32,220 bases of DNA from a virus (Duplodnaviria > Caudoviricetes): IMG/VR virus record IMGVR_UViG_3300048582_000044, positions 1-32,220 of that record. One strand, 5' to 3'. A program made the position numbers and the translations under genes. This document shows, piece after piece, positions 11,001-18,891 of the stretch (within the stretch, counting starts at the first letter, position 1; each line of letters begins with the position of its first letter). The notes beneath the pieces are model-generated. The model was not told the origin of the DNA and searched no databases. It saw only the letters and a list, made by a program, of their open reading frames with translations.

Positions 11001-11789
11001 CTGGCCGCGCTGATATTCCGCCTCGTTGACGCCCTTGGCCGCCATCTCGTCGATCAGCGACAGGGTGGCCTCTTTTCTCAGCTCGTCGATCTGCGCGTCA
11101 CTGGGTGCGACCGAGGCGTAGAGCTTGCGGCCCACGGCCTCGCGCAGCCTGCGCGTCGGATCGAAGGCGTCCCTCGCCTTGTCGGCCACGAGGCCGAGGG
11201 CGCCCGAGATCGTCGAGAGATCGCGCGGGGTGGCGGTGTCGGCTGCGATCTCGCCCAGCGTGCGCTGACTATCGGCGCGCGCCTGCTCGGCCCGGGCCAG
11301 CTTGCGCGCGTCGGCGGCGTAGCCGAAGGTCTGGCTCTTGGCGGTCAGCGCCAGATCGGCACCGCCCTTGGTCAGGGCTTCGACGGACTGGCCGAGAAAA
11401 CCCAGCTCCTCGCCATACTCGCGCACCATGATCGCGTTGACCGGATCGGCCGACGCCCACACCGCGAGGCGGGGGTTGAGGTCGGCGACGCGCTTTTCAC
11501 CTTCCGCCTTGCGGAAGGCTTCGGTCATCAGCCCTTCGGAAAAGAACGCGGGCGCAGGGAAGGACTGACCCAGAACCTCTTCGGAGCGACCGCTGATCTT
11601 GGCCGCCAGCGCGGCGGTGTCGGCAGTCGTCTCGCGGTAGTGATTGATGGCCAGACGGGCGCGCTCACTCGCGCCGTCCTGAACCTTGTCCATGTAGCTC
11701 TTACCCACGCGGGGTGCAGGAGCCAAAGCACCGACAGAGCCTGCCTCGGGTTTAGAACCGAGGACGCGTTCCAGATAGCTTCCAGCCAT
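2091..11789 (-). CDS. Giant internal virion/ejection polyvalent protein, 3232 aa
   Basis: Third gene of the ejection-protein trio. Has a Gly/Ala-rich hydrophobic segment near aa 300-460, central enzyme-like domains, an ADLSTVLHESGH...HEQYAR zincin motif and a long helical C-terminus. RBS AAGGA upstream. Confidence 0.9.
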   Translation of the reverse strand: MAGSYLERVLGSKPEAGSVGALAPAPRVGKSYMDKVQDGASERARLAINHYRETTADTAALAAKISGRSEEVLGQSFPAPAFFSEGLMTEAFRKAEGEKRVADLNPRLAVWASADPVNAIMVREYGEELGFLGQSVEALTKGGADLALTAKSQTFGYAADARKLARAEQARADSQRTLGEIAADTATPRDLSTISGALGLVADKARDAFDPTRRLREAVGRKLYASVAPSDAQIDELRKEATLSLIDEMAAKGVNEAEYQRGQRVTAVDRRLADVEKRGDLGAWERFGAQMGALIENPADGAAWLGTVVLESAPSLVAGAATTLITKSPMLGAGVAGVTSGGMSYGPMYEQIAKDAGFDLRTEAGIAAFMRSPMAREMTRDRATAYAMTIGVMDTLSGGVAGKQLVQSPMGELLAQGIVQAVMGSSGEALALLAADQKLDPFEIAIEGLAELVTVPIEVFGVGGQALNQRRKQLQETQTAQSFFEALASNAENSELKAKLPEKYREAVAELTKNGPVESVQIDTAGLDQLMQSGAVTVEDVSKATGLSPEQIAQTMSEGGDITIPTADYATRIAGTDMDKKLREHMRINGSATLAEVAAAQDADSQTMKDLETSIKEVEAGTKRLTQTLETARTQLVDELQAAGRAPGVASAEATQLVVFAEVMAKRLNMPVEEFLAENPLPRVFRPEGSISEVAVEDLTTLRAAGGNEAAAIEAAATAAGLTEDATNEELADALRTFAGMGSVKGTPDVEGAPARMQAREALSRTLNQSSVPIMGAPLRAIPTGGKRGETITIQDIARAFTDDALARNGRRLDPLNNMEDRAMMIADMKEEIAFQLKGSDDSGDQWYVEDVAAAMAITVEVIPELKDDPVKRMLFLAVAALLSPQNNPTNNWEDAVQAFSGYLRTGELVDVRPTRRKLSKDEIEKKGMKPGPEGKQLVPAKYGVSSGTSLPMLTFLIKQRGEEGALKWLMEKHTPKELAEFRRATGIFKDGDQTRKWQEYLPSDITPNGKPERGMAAWGPKVSDFMLNATGIDATAVTVDLWLMRTFGRHRGTLMDAGPKLLAEGGINDQPTRGDRQALDIMITQIADDLGKSPSSIQALLWYYEQKLWRAHGAKADSKNFKQGAERAAGKRGFNGSDIDGGSARLGGQGNAQVIARSESPATEDDLFSDLGPEFFGKPGWATLTADDSTLPDSIRVRRNQENEARLIADFEAAGIPYRRVTGYYGTPEPERSFVIIADAETAAKLGRKYNQDSVLTRDGLVYTTNPRPNTPPTGEFLSGRAAMETGFYSRDDSGRAYAMGLNFDAGPGVATMPPGTSERADRPQLPIRDSDGKVALYHWSNRKLKKVDPAKAGTGPLKNAVDAGVEQSFWGINPRDTQQSAGTGYVKEPGLGDNVHMALVDPDQLYPWFEDPDGLRPEDGTDAQRDAEYRLAIEDAGYLGAYFTDDGSGRAPVGNVAVLYKAVPVTQDAATIAQAMTPPKPSQPDVELNQGPLPYKLANLEKSSPGPVPGVRELATEYMKAMGLPVRHQAEYVTVDVERAKAIAELYDKTPDAPTDPEVRAAYEQLAKETIAQYEALQALGLTFDWIEGDDPYSSPADAIRDMQENKHLWVFPTTSGFGTVNVADDQNPLLQLTDVVVSGRQTMVNDLFRIVHDVFGHGSEGASFGPRGEENAWQAHVRMFSPLAARAMTSETRGQNSWVNYGPFGEQNRKNPKDTVYADQKTLLLPEWVSSVGQADDMPLDANGNPAPAAVIPEASLPRGTELFQRDLWDAPAFKAWFKSSKVVDKDGNPLVVYHGTLQDFSQFRTDVPRRQGDNAGGEGFFFVSNTERAGLYAGAGARVGGKPYVVPGGNVLPVFISLQNPEIVVLEKSFRGPSYGEDLVDQNDGEYLRGLKAKGRDGLIVRRRFGDEYDEDFIVAFDPAQIKSLFNSGAFDAANPDILAQGKRGSIVLPPAGSGRAPIVNLFQTADLSTVLHESGHYFLYTFQRLIQNGKATPEIVADYEALKAWWAKNAEAVAKDAGGPVTPAMVQMYLKKGTVGDATLDQAIYVGMHEQYARAYEAYLFEGKSPSDALSRLFDTFSSWLLSVYRKVTNLNVKIDDDIRGVFDRMLATDEEIAKAKAKENRPELIAKTAKELGITDAEYVEMVKLSLEAQDEARRTLLAEIMAPMQAQLRAEKTARKAALRDEVERDVRRKPVHRVIQWLGNERWLGEEAPEALPADLRLDRQLLIDTYGAGITKELPKGKRPIWKEGTNIAPDEVAMWFGFPSGDAMIQALKATPKLEDEIEATLDARLRAESPDPLVDGTLPEKALSALQGEKRGELIAAELKALGRRASKSIPRTTLSAAREAARRKIAVIPIRQAILFDSYRQASARAATRAQQALAKGDFDLAYEEKRKEMLNHALFMEARKAADEVEKLERKVARLKKPGTRKNIDGEYLAAIDEVLDRYDFRKLTQSAERRRGALAAYIKMMTDAGRANELSIPQSVIDETKRRPYKTLPYNELRGIADTLANIEHTGRRKKSLIDAKRQRDLDASVEEVVNEAALFMKPNPVPRMAVQESGVRKTLRAYANLLLNADTLLRELGGWTMGKAYDLIKTPIDEAANTAQIMRAEAAERIEQIYSVYDKDAITQMNVRKDHPALKTRADRLAQFNHWDLISMALNMGNEDNLGRLMDKDTGFGYTQGQIDYIKGQLTDKDWDFVESVWTHIDEYWPLIAAREKRQTGVVPTKVEALPFDLPRGRTIKGGYFPIKYDSRIKSNVSAEQIAELQMNMLSGRFGKAQTRHGHTKERANGSGGRVLQLGMEAYHSHLNQVIHDLAYSEAVNNAWRILQHPEMVAMFERNGRTADREALELWVQDVATGTQVAGGVLGSFSVKLKNTFTLSKLAFNLSSVLIQFTGVAQSMVVVGKVPFLKALAEYYTGPGKWLEIVKERSAFMRERETTFHKDILDMQNETSRTPFEGTVSKFQHGIGVIGFWMMTKVQFYGIDMPTWLAAYNNAVTAGKTDEAAVHEADRMVARAQASGLQSDRSAFERGTLDRGLRQAGFVRLFTALGSYMFAKGNIAYERVKKGGAEIDGFNLKSLTAAFNTSFDLALLFTLEAILYNAIKGTLPGMGDDDDDEDGWAEFLAKETALSIMSTMPILRDVGSMLGGFEPGGAYGSAMDTIFMRPITQFSQAELDAALLKSVSNAVGAVTGLPSAQANRLIDGLWRMSEGEDVAPIEFIMGRRQ
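5960..6480 (-). other. ADP-ribosyltransferase domain (ART-PolyVal type) within the giant protein
   Basis: FKAWFKSSKVVDKDGNPLVVYHGT...GFFF...YA...VLPVFISLQNP...GRDG...VAFDPAQIKS...GAFD signature. Confidence 0.85.
7870..8260 (-). other. SAM lyase (T3 gp0.3-like / DUF3293-like) domain within the giant protein
   Basis: Ordered motifs LTA...N...VTGYYG..EPERSF...KLGRKYNQDSVL...GLVY...GFYSRDDSGRAY resemble the T3 SAMase pattern as recalled. Confidence 0.7.
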
Positions 11790-11798
11790 GAGTTTTCC

Positions 11799-14225
11799 TT
11801 ACTGTGGGCGGATCGTGGGGAGGGATGCGAAAGGCTCTTCTTCGGGATTGATGAGACCTGCAGCGACGTCGTTGACGTAGGTCTCCCAATGCATCCGAAG
11901 CTCATCCTCGCTCATCCCCATCATGTTGCCATAGACGAACGCTGCCACAGGCAGCTCCATGCTGTCAAGCGGAACAGGGGCCTCTTGGCCCCGGATCAGG
12001 GTGCGATTGACGAAAGCCTGCGCCACTTCCTCGGGCGTGGGCGTGCGCCCCAGCGCGACCGACAGCTTGCGGGTCAGCTCGGCGCGCGCCTCGGCGGGCA
12101 CGTCGTCGTACTCGATGAAGGGCTTCGGCGTCTCGCCGTCCTGCAGGTCGCTGTACTGGAACAGCATTTTGGGCCCGCCGAACATCGTGTCCGGCGTGAT
12201 GTTCAGGGTCTGGGCGTAGATCATGTCGTCGATCTCGGGCGTGGTCGGCTCGCGCTTGTTCTCGTTCCAGAAGTCGATCTTCTGCTGCTGCAGTCGAAGC
12301 TCCATCTGATACTCGGCCTTCGCCCGCTCCTGCGCGTTCTTCTCGCCGCCCTTGACGCCGACCCGGTCGAGGTGCCGACCGATGGCGGTGCGATCCTCAG
12401 ACTTGACCGGCACGGCCAGCGCCGGGTTCTTCGCGATCTGGTCCTCGGTGATCGCGATACCCTCGAGCTCGCCGCGCGCGGCCGACCGGGCGTCGGACAG
12501 CGCCCGGTAGTCGGCGGCCGACAGCCGGTCGCGGTACATCTCGATGGAGCCTTCGGCCGCGAAGTCCTTGCGTGTGGCGAGGTCCTGCGACAGCTGCATG
12601 TCACGTAGCATGCCGTAGACCTCGGGGTCCGTGACCAGCTTGCCGGTCTCGTTCCTCGACACCATCTCGCGGAACACGTTCGTGCCGTCGATCCCCAGCG
12701 CGATCTGCTCCTGCAAGGTGAGGGTGCTGTCGCCCGTGGTGAAGTAGCGTTCGGACGCGTCGTCGATGACCGCGCCGGAGGTGGCGCGCTTGCGGGCCGC
12801 TTCGGTCGCCTCCCGCTGCTCGACCTGCGCGAGGAAGGCGGCGCGGTCCTTGGGGTCCGCGATGGTCTGGGCGAACGAGTACGCGGCACCGAAGTCGAAC
12901 TCTACCGTGGCCCCGCCTTCTCCGATGTGCCGTCCCGCGTATGCGTGAAGCTCGCTCACCGTCATGTTATAGCTCACGCCCGGGTTGGCCGAGACCACGC
13001 CACTCCAGTCCGCGCCGATTGCCTTGTACACGCTGGCGACCGACGCGCCGGGGTTGGCCTGCAACTCCCGCAGGATCGCGGGGCCCGCGCCCATGCCGAA
13101 GTGGTGCAGCAGGTACTTGTTGACGTTGTTGATCGGTGCCCCGGTAGCCTCGATCAGCTGCTCGTACCTGACCTCGTCGTACTTCATGACGGCCATCTGG
13201 AGGTCGGGGTTCATCTTCGCCGCCACGAGCTCCGACTGCGACATGCCCGCGAACTCTGGGGGCAGCGCGCCGGAGGCCGAGGCCGCCGCCACGCTTTGCT
13301 TCCACGTGCCATCGGTGTACTGGAACAGGCCGCCAGCCGAGCTCAGCGCGTTCTGCGCGTTCGGGTTGCCGCCGCTCTCGCGCGTCATGGTGGTCTCGAG
13401 GAAGCTGCCGCTGCTGCCGCCGCTGCCGGTCTTGATGAACTGCGACATCCAGCTCTCGACCCGCGCGCCTTGCACGGCGGGGGCGAGCAGGTCCTTGACC
13501 TTCTGCTTCTCGGTGGCTGACAGGCGCTCTTCATTCTCGATGTACTGGGCCGCAGCCTCGGGATCGCTGGCGGCCATGAGCACGGCGCGCTGGCTCAGCG
13601 TCTCCATGACCAGTGCCTCGTTGGCGCGCTCCATCGTCTCCGGCGCGACGCCGGTCAGGGCACCCAGCCGCTCTTGCTCGGCGACCGCGCTGGCGAGGTC
13701 CTCCTCGAACTTGGCGTCGTCGTTGAAGTGGTCGAGGGCGTCTTCCTGATAGCCGGTCACCCCGGCCTGATAGCCGTCAATGGTGGCCTGCTTCTCTTGG
13801 GCCGTCATGTTCTTGTAGATGTCGTCGGCGCGGCTCATGGCCAGCGCCTCTGTGTCCTGCAGGAACTTCTCCCGTTCGCGGGGGTTGGTGAACTTGGCGG
13901 CCTCTTCCTGCCGCATGCGCTCGAGACGCTCCAGCGCCTTCTCGCCCGCGACCTTGGCGTTCAGGCCGGTGGCGTTCGCGGCGTCACCGACCGCCGTGCG
14001 GGTGTTCTCGCGGAGGCGCTCCCTACCCTCGCGGACCCGGGTCTCCCCAGCCAGCTCGTCGCGCAGCTGCAGCGCGCTGCGCACCTCAAGGGCGGCAGCG
14101 CCCACCGACTTCATCGCGTCGCCCACCTCGGACCCAAAGCTCTCCTTGGTGTCGTAGTTGCGCAGCGAAGTCTGGCCGACCGGGCGGTCGCCGATCTGCG
14201 ACTTGTAGATGGGCGCGTTGGTCAT
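11799..14225 (-). CDS. Internal virion/ejection protein with lytic transglycosylase (SLT-like) domain, about 808 aa
   Basis: RESGGNPNAQNALSSAGGLFQYTDGTW and YLLHHFGMGAG lysozyme-like motifs inside a helical protein. Start placed at ATG 14225 (ATGA overlap); the ORF track extends to TTG 14237. Confidence 0.85.
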   Translation of the reverse strand: MTNAPIYKSQIGDRPVGQTSLRNYDTKESFGSEVGDAMKSVGAAALEVRSALQLRDELAGETRVREGRERLRENTRTAVGDAANATGLNAKVAGEKALERLERMRQEEAAKFTNPREREKFLQDTEALAMSRADDIYKNMTAQEKQATIDGYQAGVTGYQEDALDHFNDDAKFEEDLASAVAEQERLGALTGVAPETMERANEALVMETLSQRAVLMAASDPEAAAQYIENEERLSATEKQKVKDLLAPAVQGARVESWMSQFIKTGSGGSSGSFLETTMTRESGGNPNAQNALSSAGGLFQYTDGTWKQSVAAASASGALPPEFAGMSQSELVAAKMNPDLQMAVMKYDEVRYEQLIEATGAPINNVNKYLLHHFGMGAGPAILRELQANPGASVASVYKAIGADWSGVVSANPGVSYNMTVSELHAYAGRHIGEGGATVEFDFGAAYSFAQTIADPKDRAAFLAQVEQREATEAARKRATSGAVIDDASERYFTTGDSTLTLQEQIALGIDGTNVFREMVSRNETGKLVTDPEVYGMLRDMQLSQDLATRKDFAAEGSIEMYRDRLSAADYRALSDARSAARGELEGIAITEDQIAKNPALAVPVKSEDRTAIGRHLDRVGVKGGEKNAQERAKAEYQMELRLQQQKIDFWNENKREPTTPEIDDMIYAQTLNITPDTMFGGPKMLFQYSDLQDGETPKPFIEYDDVPAEARAELTRKLSVALGRTPTPEEVAQAFVNRTLIRGQEAPVPLDSMELPVAAFVYGNMMGMSEDELRMHWETYVNDVAAGLINPEEEPFASLPTIRPQ

Positions 14226-14719
14226 CTGTTGATCCAAGCCTTGTAGATGTCAGCCGCGCCGCTGGCGGCGTCGGCGATGGTGCGCAGGTTACCAGCCTGA
14301 CCGGCGTACTTTCCTTCACGCCGGGCGGCGTCGCCCTGCGCGGTGTAGTTGAGCTTCGCGCGGTTGAGGTCGGTGATCTCGCTCTGGGTGTTCCGCTTCG
14401 ACGTCTCCATGTCCCGGCGGATGTTGTCCGTGGTCATGAAGATCGCGTCGAGGGGCGAGCCCCACGTGGTGTCCAAGAAGTTGGAGGCCGCGCCTGCGCG
14501 CTGCCTGCCAGCCACTTCCCGGCCAGACCTTACGACGTCGCCGATCTCACGCTGCCCACGGAACTGGGCGTCGTTGATCTGGAGGTCGACCAGCTTTGCG
14601 TTTTCTGCAGCGATACGCGCCTCAGCCGCAGCCGCAGCTTGTGCGGCCTTCTTGGCTTTGCGGTTTCCGAAGAAACCTGACGCGAGGCTCGCTACTCCGA
14701 GGGCTGCCTGAAAGAAGAT
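14222..14719 (-). CDS. Small internal virion/ejection protein (T7 gp14-like position), 165 aa, apparent ATC start
   Basis: The frame is open for 68 codons upstream of the GTG in the ORF track, giving FFQAALGVASLASGFFGNRKAKKAAQAAAAAE..., a typical hydrophobic N-terminus for this class. AAGGAG lies 5 nt before ATC 14719. Confidence 0.75.
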   Translation of the reverse strand: MFFQAALGVASLASGFFGNRKAKKAAQAAAAAEARIAAENAKLVDLQINDAQFRGQREIGDVVRSGREVAGRQRAGAASNFLDTTWGSPLDAIFMTTDNIRRDMETSKRNTQSEITDLNRAKLNYTAQGDAARREGKYAGQAGNLRTIADAASGAADIYKAWINR

Positions 14720-14752
14720 ACGTACTCCTTGTGAAAGGGTTGCGGTTCAGTG

Positions 14753-14781
14753 CTTATATCACCCTCGTAAGGGCTTGTCTA
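14753..14781 (-). promoter_or_regulatory. Sigma70-like promoter upstream of the ejection-protein genes
   Basis: TAGACA, 17 bp, TATAAG with a TG extension, in a 59-bp AT-richer intergenic gap. Confidence 0.55.
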
Positions 14782-17121
14782 TTCGCCCGGCTCCCAGTCG
14801 GGCGCGACGCCCAGAACCGTCATCGGCAGCGGGTAGGTCTGCACCACGAACACCGTAGCGTCCCGCACCCAGTCGCCATCGACGGTCATGCTCACCGTCT
14901 GGGTCTTCAGCGGGATGGGCCCCCCTATCATGGATGGCTCCCACTCCACAAGCTCGTTCAGGCTGTCCAGCCGGATGCCGACCTGCACACCACGCGACCG
15001 CTTCAGGCTGACCGCCACCTCGCCGACCGCCTTGAACCGGCCGACCATGGAGCCCAGCTCGTCGGTCTCGAAGTCGATGGGCAGGGTCTGCAGGTAGCTG
15101 GTGTACGGCAGGCCGACGTGTACCACGTTGCCCTCGACACCGAGGTTGACCACGCCCGCCTCGTTGACGGTCAGGCCGTCGATGACGTCGCCGTCGATCA
15201 GCGCGATCACCTCTTGACCGCGCAGGTGCAGCAGGCCAGATAGCTGGCTGGCCGTCACGCTGTCGTTGTCGTAGGTCAGCCCGGCGTCGACGAAGAACGG
15301 GGCGGTCGCCGAGTTGTCGAAGCGCAGCTCCAGCCGCTCGGTCTGCACGACCTCCTTCTCGGCGAAGGGGTCGAACCGGCCGACGACCGCGTACAGGCGG
15401 TCGTTCACACCCTCGCGGGCGCGGACGACCTGATAGACGAACGGGGCGGAGCCCCCGAGGTTGTGCCGGGTCCAGCCCCAGATTTCATGCTCGGCCATGT
15501 ACGCCATAGACATCAGGCTGCCGTCGCTCAGCGTCACCCACACCTGCCGGTCGGGTGCGTTGGTGTAGCACCACGAGGTGATTTCGCGGCCCTCGAACAG
15601 CTCCTTCACGAGGACCGTCAGCTCGCGCGACTGGGTCGTGGCGTTCGGGTTCAGCGTGAGCAGGAAGTCGCGGATCGTCGCGCCGTCAGGCTCGACAAAC
15701 ATGGCGACGTCGCCCACGACCACGGGCTCAATGTCGTAGCTGCCGAAGTAGCTCTCCGGCTTCGGGATGATCGAGGTCGGGGTCAGCACACCCTCGGTGT
15801 CGTTGCCCAGCACGACCCACTCGGCCGACGAGGTGAAGACGAACAGGGCACGCCCTGACACCATCGACCGGATGTCGTTCCGCTCGCGGGTGCGTAGCCG
15901 GAAGCGCAGGCCGTCGTCGGGCTGCGAGGGATAGCTCACCGTGAAGTTGGTGAAGGCCGCGACCTTCGACATCTCGATCAGCTGCGGCTGGTTGTCCGTG
16001 GCCGCGAACGCCAGACGCTGTTCGATGAAGTTGACCACGCCCGGGTAGTTGCCCGCCGACCCGAAGGGGTTGCGCGCAGCCTTGGGGCGGATCGACTGAT
16101 CCGGCGTGATGTTCGTGTCGTCGAAGGTCAGGGCGTCGGTCGTGCCAATGTAGCCGTAGCCGCTCGCGGTCTGCCGGTAGACGTTGTACAGGATCGCGCC
16201 GGTGACGGCGGGCCACGTCAGGACCGTCTTGCCGCCGGTCGACAGCGAACCGTTGGCGATGCTCGCGGTGCGAGGCAGACCCTCTTCCAGCGTTTCGTCG
16301 GCGAGGGCCGACACGGCATACGACAGCGACTGGGCCGCCGCCGGGCTAGGCGTGGGGGTGAGAGACGCCGGGGCCGCGACGGCCGGGGCGAACGAGTGCG
16401 CTGCGAGCACCCAATCATCCAGCGCGACGAAGGTCAGCTTCTGAGGTGCGTAGCCCGGGTGGGCGAGGTACATGTCGAGGTTGTCCTGCGCGAACCGGAT
16501 GAAGGCGATGTCGCCCGGGTCGTACGAGTGGGCGAACGAGTAGACCTTCTTCAGCTCAGCCCCCGCGCCGAGGTTGCCCCAGAGACTGGCCCCGGCGCTC
16601 ATGTCGAGCGGCAGCTTGTCGTAGGTCTCGAACGTGATGAACTCGCCGGAGATGGAGGCTACGCGCAGCACCTGCTCACCGATGGTGAGGTCGCCCGCTG
16701 GATCGTCGAGGTATACCAGCTCGCCGACCGTGTAGGTCGCGGCGTCCACGCCGCTGGCCATCTCGAGGCGTCCCGTGGCGGCGTAGTCGACCGCGACCAC
16801 ATCCTTCGCGGTGAAGGAACTGTCGATCACGTAGGCCCCGTCGAAGATCACGTGGACGACGTCCTCGGTGAACTCGAGCACCGCAGTGCTCTGGTTCGTC
16901 AGGGTGAACGGGATGTTCCACTGGATGTTCGTCAGCGCGCTGGTGTCGAAGCCTGAGGCGATGCGAAAGCCCGCCCGGTTGGCCATGCCACCCTGCGTGC
17001 GGATCAGCATGTTGACCGCGTCCTTGACGCCGGACGCGTACTTGGTCGTGTCCGTGCGGGCGTACATCCCCTCGCCGAGGATGCCTCCAGAGAAGTTAGG
17101 TTGAAAGACCCGGGTCGGCAT
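14779..17121 (-). CDS. Tail tubular protein B / nozzle, about 780 aa
   Basis: QPNFSGG, QGGMANRAG, YPGVVNFIEQRLAFA, HEIWGWTRH, FVDAGL and VGLPYTS motifs. TGATG overlap with the adaptor gene. Confidence 0.92.
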   Translation of the reverse strand: MPTRVFQPNFSGGILGEGMYARTDTTKYASGVKDAVNMLIRTQGGMANRAGFRIASGFDTSALTNIQWNIPFTLTNQSTAVLEFTEDVVHVIFDGAYVIDSSFTAKDVVAVDYAATGRLEMASGVDAATYTVGELVYLDDPAGDLTIGEQVLRVASISGEFITFETYDKLPLDMSAGASLWGNLGAGAELKKVYSFAHSYDPGDIAFIRFAQDNLDMYLAHPGYAPQKLTFVALDDWVLAAHSFAPAVAAPASLTPTPSPAAAQSLSYAVSALADETLEEGLPRTASIANGSLSTGGKTVLTWPAVTGAILYNVYRQTASGYGYIGTTDALTFDDTNITPDQSIRPKAARNPFGSAGNYPGVVNFIEQRLAFAATDNQPQLIEMSKVAAFTNFTVSYPSQPDDGLRFRLRTRERNDIRSMVSGRALFVFTSSAEWVVLGNDTEGVLTPTSIIPKPESYFGSYDIEPVVVGDVAMFVEPDGATIRDFLLTLNPNATTQSRELTVLVKELFEGREITSWCYTNAPDRQVWVTLSDGSLMSMAYMAEHEIWGWTRHNLGGSAPFVYQVVRAREGVNDRLYAVVGRFDPFAEKEVVQTERLELRFDNSATAPFFVDAGLTYDNDSVTASQLSGLLHLRGQEVIALIDGDVIDGLTVNEAGVVNLGVEGNVVHVGLPYTSYLQTLPIDFETDELGSMVGRFKAVGEVAVSLKRSRGVQVGIRLDSLNELVEWEPSMIGGPIPLKTQTVSMTVDGDWVRDATVFVVQTYPLPMTVLGVAPDWEPGE

Positions 17122-17759
17122 CAACGCCTCCAGTACGTCGAGCCGTCGGCGCTGGGCGGCGCAGACCGCTGCCCATCGTTGCCGTAGACATAGCTCTCGT
17201 CATCCGTGTAGCTCGTGTGCTCCTGAGAGGCGTCGACTTGGATCGCCATGTTCAGCTCCTGCACCGCCATGTTCCGCATCGCATCCACGTCGCTGGACCG
17301 GCGGGTCATGCTCGGCGCGAGGTACTCGGCCACCTTGGCCGCCACCGCCTTCTTGAAGTGCAGGCTCCACGTCTCTGGCCCCCGCTCTTCGAGGGTGACG
17401 TACCGGGCGTAGGCCGGGGACAGGTTGCAGTAGATCGCCGCGCCGCCGATCAGGTAGTCCTTGATCGCGACCTTCGGACGATCCGGTTCGAACAGGTAGA
17501 ACAATTTTTTGGATCGCACGGGGAAAGCGTAGGCGTGGGTGTACGCCTCCTCGAGATCGTTGTCGATCTCAGCCAGTGCGACGGTCTCGCGCAGGAACGT
17601 CCAGTCGGACGCCTGCGCGATCTCGTCAAGCGCGATAGGGTAGAAGACCGAGCAACGCTGCGCTTCCACGCTGCCTTGCTCGAAGGACGAGATGCTCGTC
17701 TTGCCGAGGTAGCCGACCAAGGCGAGGTTGCAGATTTCAACAGCCGTGGCCAAGGTCAT
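17121..17759 (-). CDS. Tail tubular protein A / adaptor, 212 aa
   Basis: VEICNLAL...ISSFE...EAQRC...WTF signature and position before the nozzle. Confidence 0.9.
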   Translation of the reverse strand: MTLATAVEICNLALVGYLGKTSISSFEQGSVEAQRCSVFYPIALDEIAQASDWTFLRETVALAEIDNDLEEAYTHAYAFPVRSKKLFYLFEPDRPKVAIKDYLIGGAAIYCNLSPAYARYVTLEERGPETWSLHFKKAVAAKVAEYLAPSMTRRSSDVDAMRNMAVQELNMAIQVDASQEHTSYTDDESYVYGNDGQRSAPPSADGSTYWRR

Positions 17760-17775
17760 CGGTCAGTCTCCCTGT

Positions 17776-18291
17776 TCAGTTGGTGCGTCGGACCCGGCGG
17801 GTAGCGGGCGCTTCCTCCCCCTGACCGACGTCTCCAGAAGCTTCTTCGGCTTCATCTGGGACGGGTTCGGGGGCTCGCTCCGGTTCGGCTTCGACACTCC
17901 GGCGCTTGGCTCGGGCCGGTTCTTCACGAATGTTGCCACGCCCCGGTTCGCCTTTGGCGAGGAGCTGGTCGAGTTGTCCTTGTAGCGCACTGACCTTCTC
18001 CTTCAGTTGCAGGTTCTCTGCGCGCAGACCGGCAACGACACCGGCGCTCTGCGTCACCTCAGCGAGCAGCTGCTCGTCGGTGATACCACGATTGAGCGGG
18101 CGATTGCTAGTCGCCATGTAGCTCATTTCCATGGCCCGATGCGCGGAGGTGAAGTCCGACCCGCTCGGATCAACCATCCAGCGTTTCGAGAAATGCTCTT
18201 TGTCCGAGATGGCGAAACGCTCACCTTCGACGCGGGATTTCCCGCCGTAGTAGCCGCGCCCGATGGCGAGGACGATCATGGGCTCTGACAT
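17776..18291 (-). CDS. Hypothetical virion-region protein, 171 aa
   Basis: AGGAG RBS. N-terminal GYYGGKSRVEGERF...FSKRWM motif of small post-capsid genes, then a coiled coil and an acidic tail. Confidence 0.75.
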   Translation of the reverse strand: MSEPMIVLAIGRGYYGGKSRVEGERFAISDKEHFSKRWMVDPSGSDFTSAHRAMEMSYMATSNRPLNRGITDEQLLAEVTQSAGVVAGLRAENLQLKEKVSALQGQLDQLLAKGEPGRGNIREEPARAKRRSVEAEPERAPEPVPDEAEEASGDVGQGEEAPATRRVRRTN

Positions 18292-18315
18292 CTTGGGTGC
18301 TCCTGCGGGTCAGAT

Positions 18316-18350
18316 GAAAACTGTATCGGGCCGCCGCTAGGGCGGCCCGA
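18316..18350 (-). terminator. Probable intrinsic terminator or stabilising hairpin after the capsid cement gene
   Basis: 10-bp perfect stem TCGGGCCGCC/GGCGGCCCGA (18326-18350) with a 5-nt loop, followed on the minus strand by TACAGTTTT. Confidence 0.6.
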
Positions 18351-18369
18351 GGGTGCTTAGCCGGTCAGC

Positions 18370-18825
18370 TTACGCAGACCAGTTGGCGCGGCCGAAGACC
18401 AGACCGGCGGTAATCTTACCGGCGGACAGTCCTTGGTTCGGCGTGTAGGCCAGTCGCACGTACCGCTTGTTGATGCCTTCCGGCAGGTAGAACGGGATGA
18501 GCCGCGCCCCCAGCGTAAGGTCAGCCTGCGGGATCACAACCGACATGACCGTCGACTTCGTACCGAAGCCTTCGGCGTCGTCGATTTCGATGGCCAGTGT
18601 CAGCTGGGTGAAGTCGTTGCCGCCGTCATCGACGAAAGCTTCGGTCACCTGTACGAGCACCGGGATGGGACGACCTTTGCCAAGGTCGCGGGTGATGGGG
18701 CCAGCCGCGTGCTTCGGCGTATCCACGGCCCCGAGGTCGATCACGTTCGTCGAAGGGATCAGAGCCGCGCCTGCGCCGACGAGGCTCTGCTGATCCGAGA
18801 ACATGCTCTGAAGGTCCATAAGCAT
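18370..18825 (-). CDS. Capsid cement/decoration protein (Bbp16-like), 151 aa
   Basis: MLMD...FSDQQ...STNVIDLG...V.VTEAF...RYVRLAY...GKITAGL pattern, directly after the major capsid gene. Confidence 0.88.
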   Translation of the reverse strand: MLMDLQSMFSDQQSLVGAGAALIPSTNVIDLGAVDTPKHAAGPITRDLGKGRPIPVLVQVTEAFVDDGGNDFTQLTLAIEIDDAEGFGTKSTVMSVVIPQADLTLGARLIPFYLPEGINKRYVRLAYTPNQGLSAGKITAGLVFGRANWSA

Positions 18826-18855
18826 CTCTGCTCTCCTTTTGTCCTTCGTTGCGTT

Positions 18856-18882
18856 AAAGCCGGGCGGATCGCTCCGCCCGGC
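18856..18882 (-). terminator. Hairpin after the major capsid gene (partial terminator or mRNA stabiliser)
   Basis: 10-bp stem GCCGGGCGGA/TCCGCCCGGC with a GCGA (GNRA) loop on the minus strand and a short TTT tail. Confidence 0.6.
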
Positions 18883-18891
18883 GCTCAGGGC

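Noticed and set aside
14762-14773. Small CCCT-TACG-AGGG hairpin after the nozzle gene as a terminator
   Set aside because: Only a 4-bp core stem and no U tract; it lies in the spacer of the candidate promoter.
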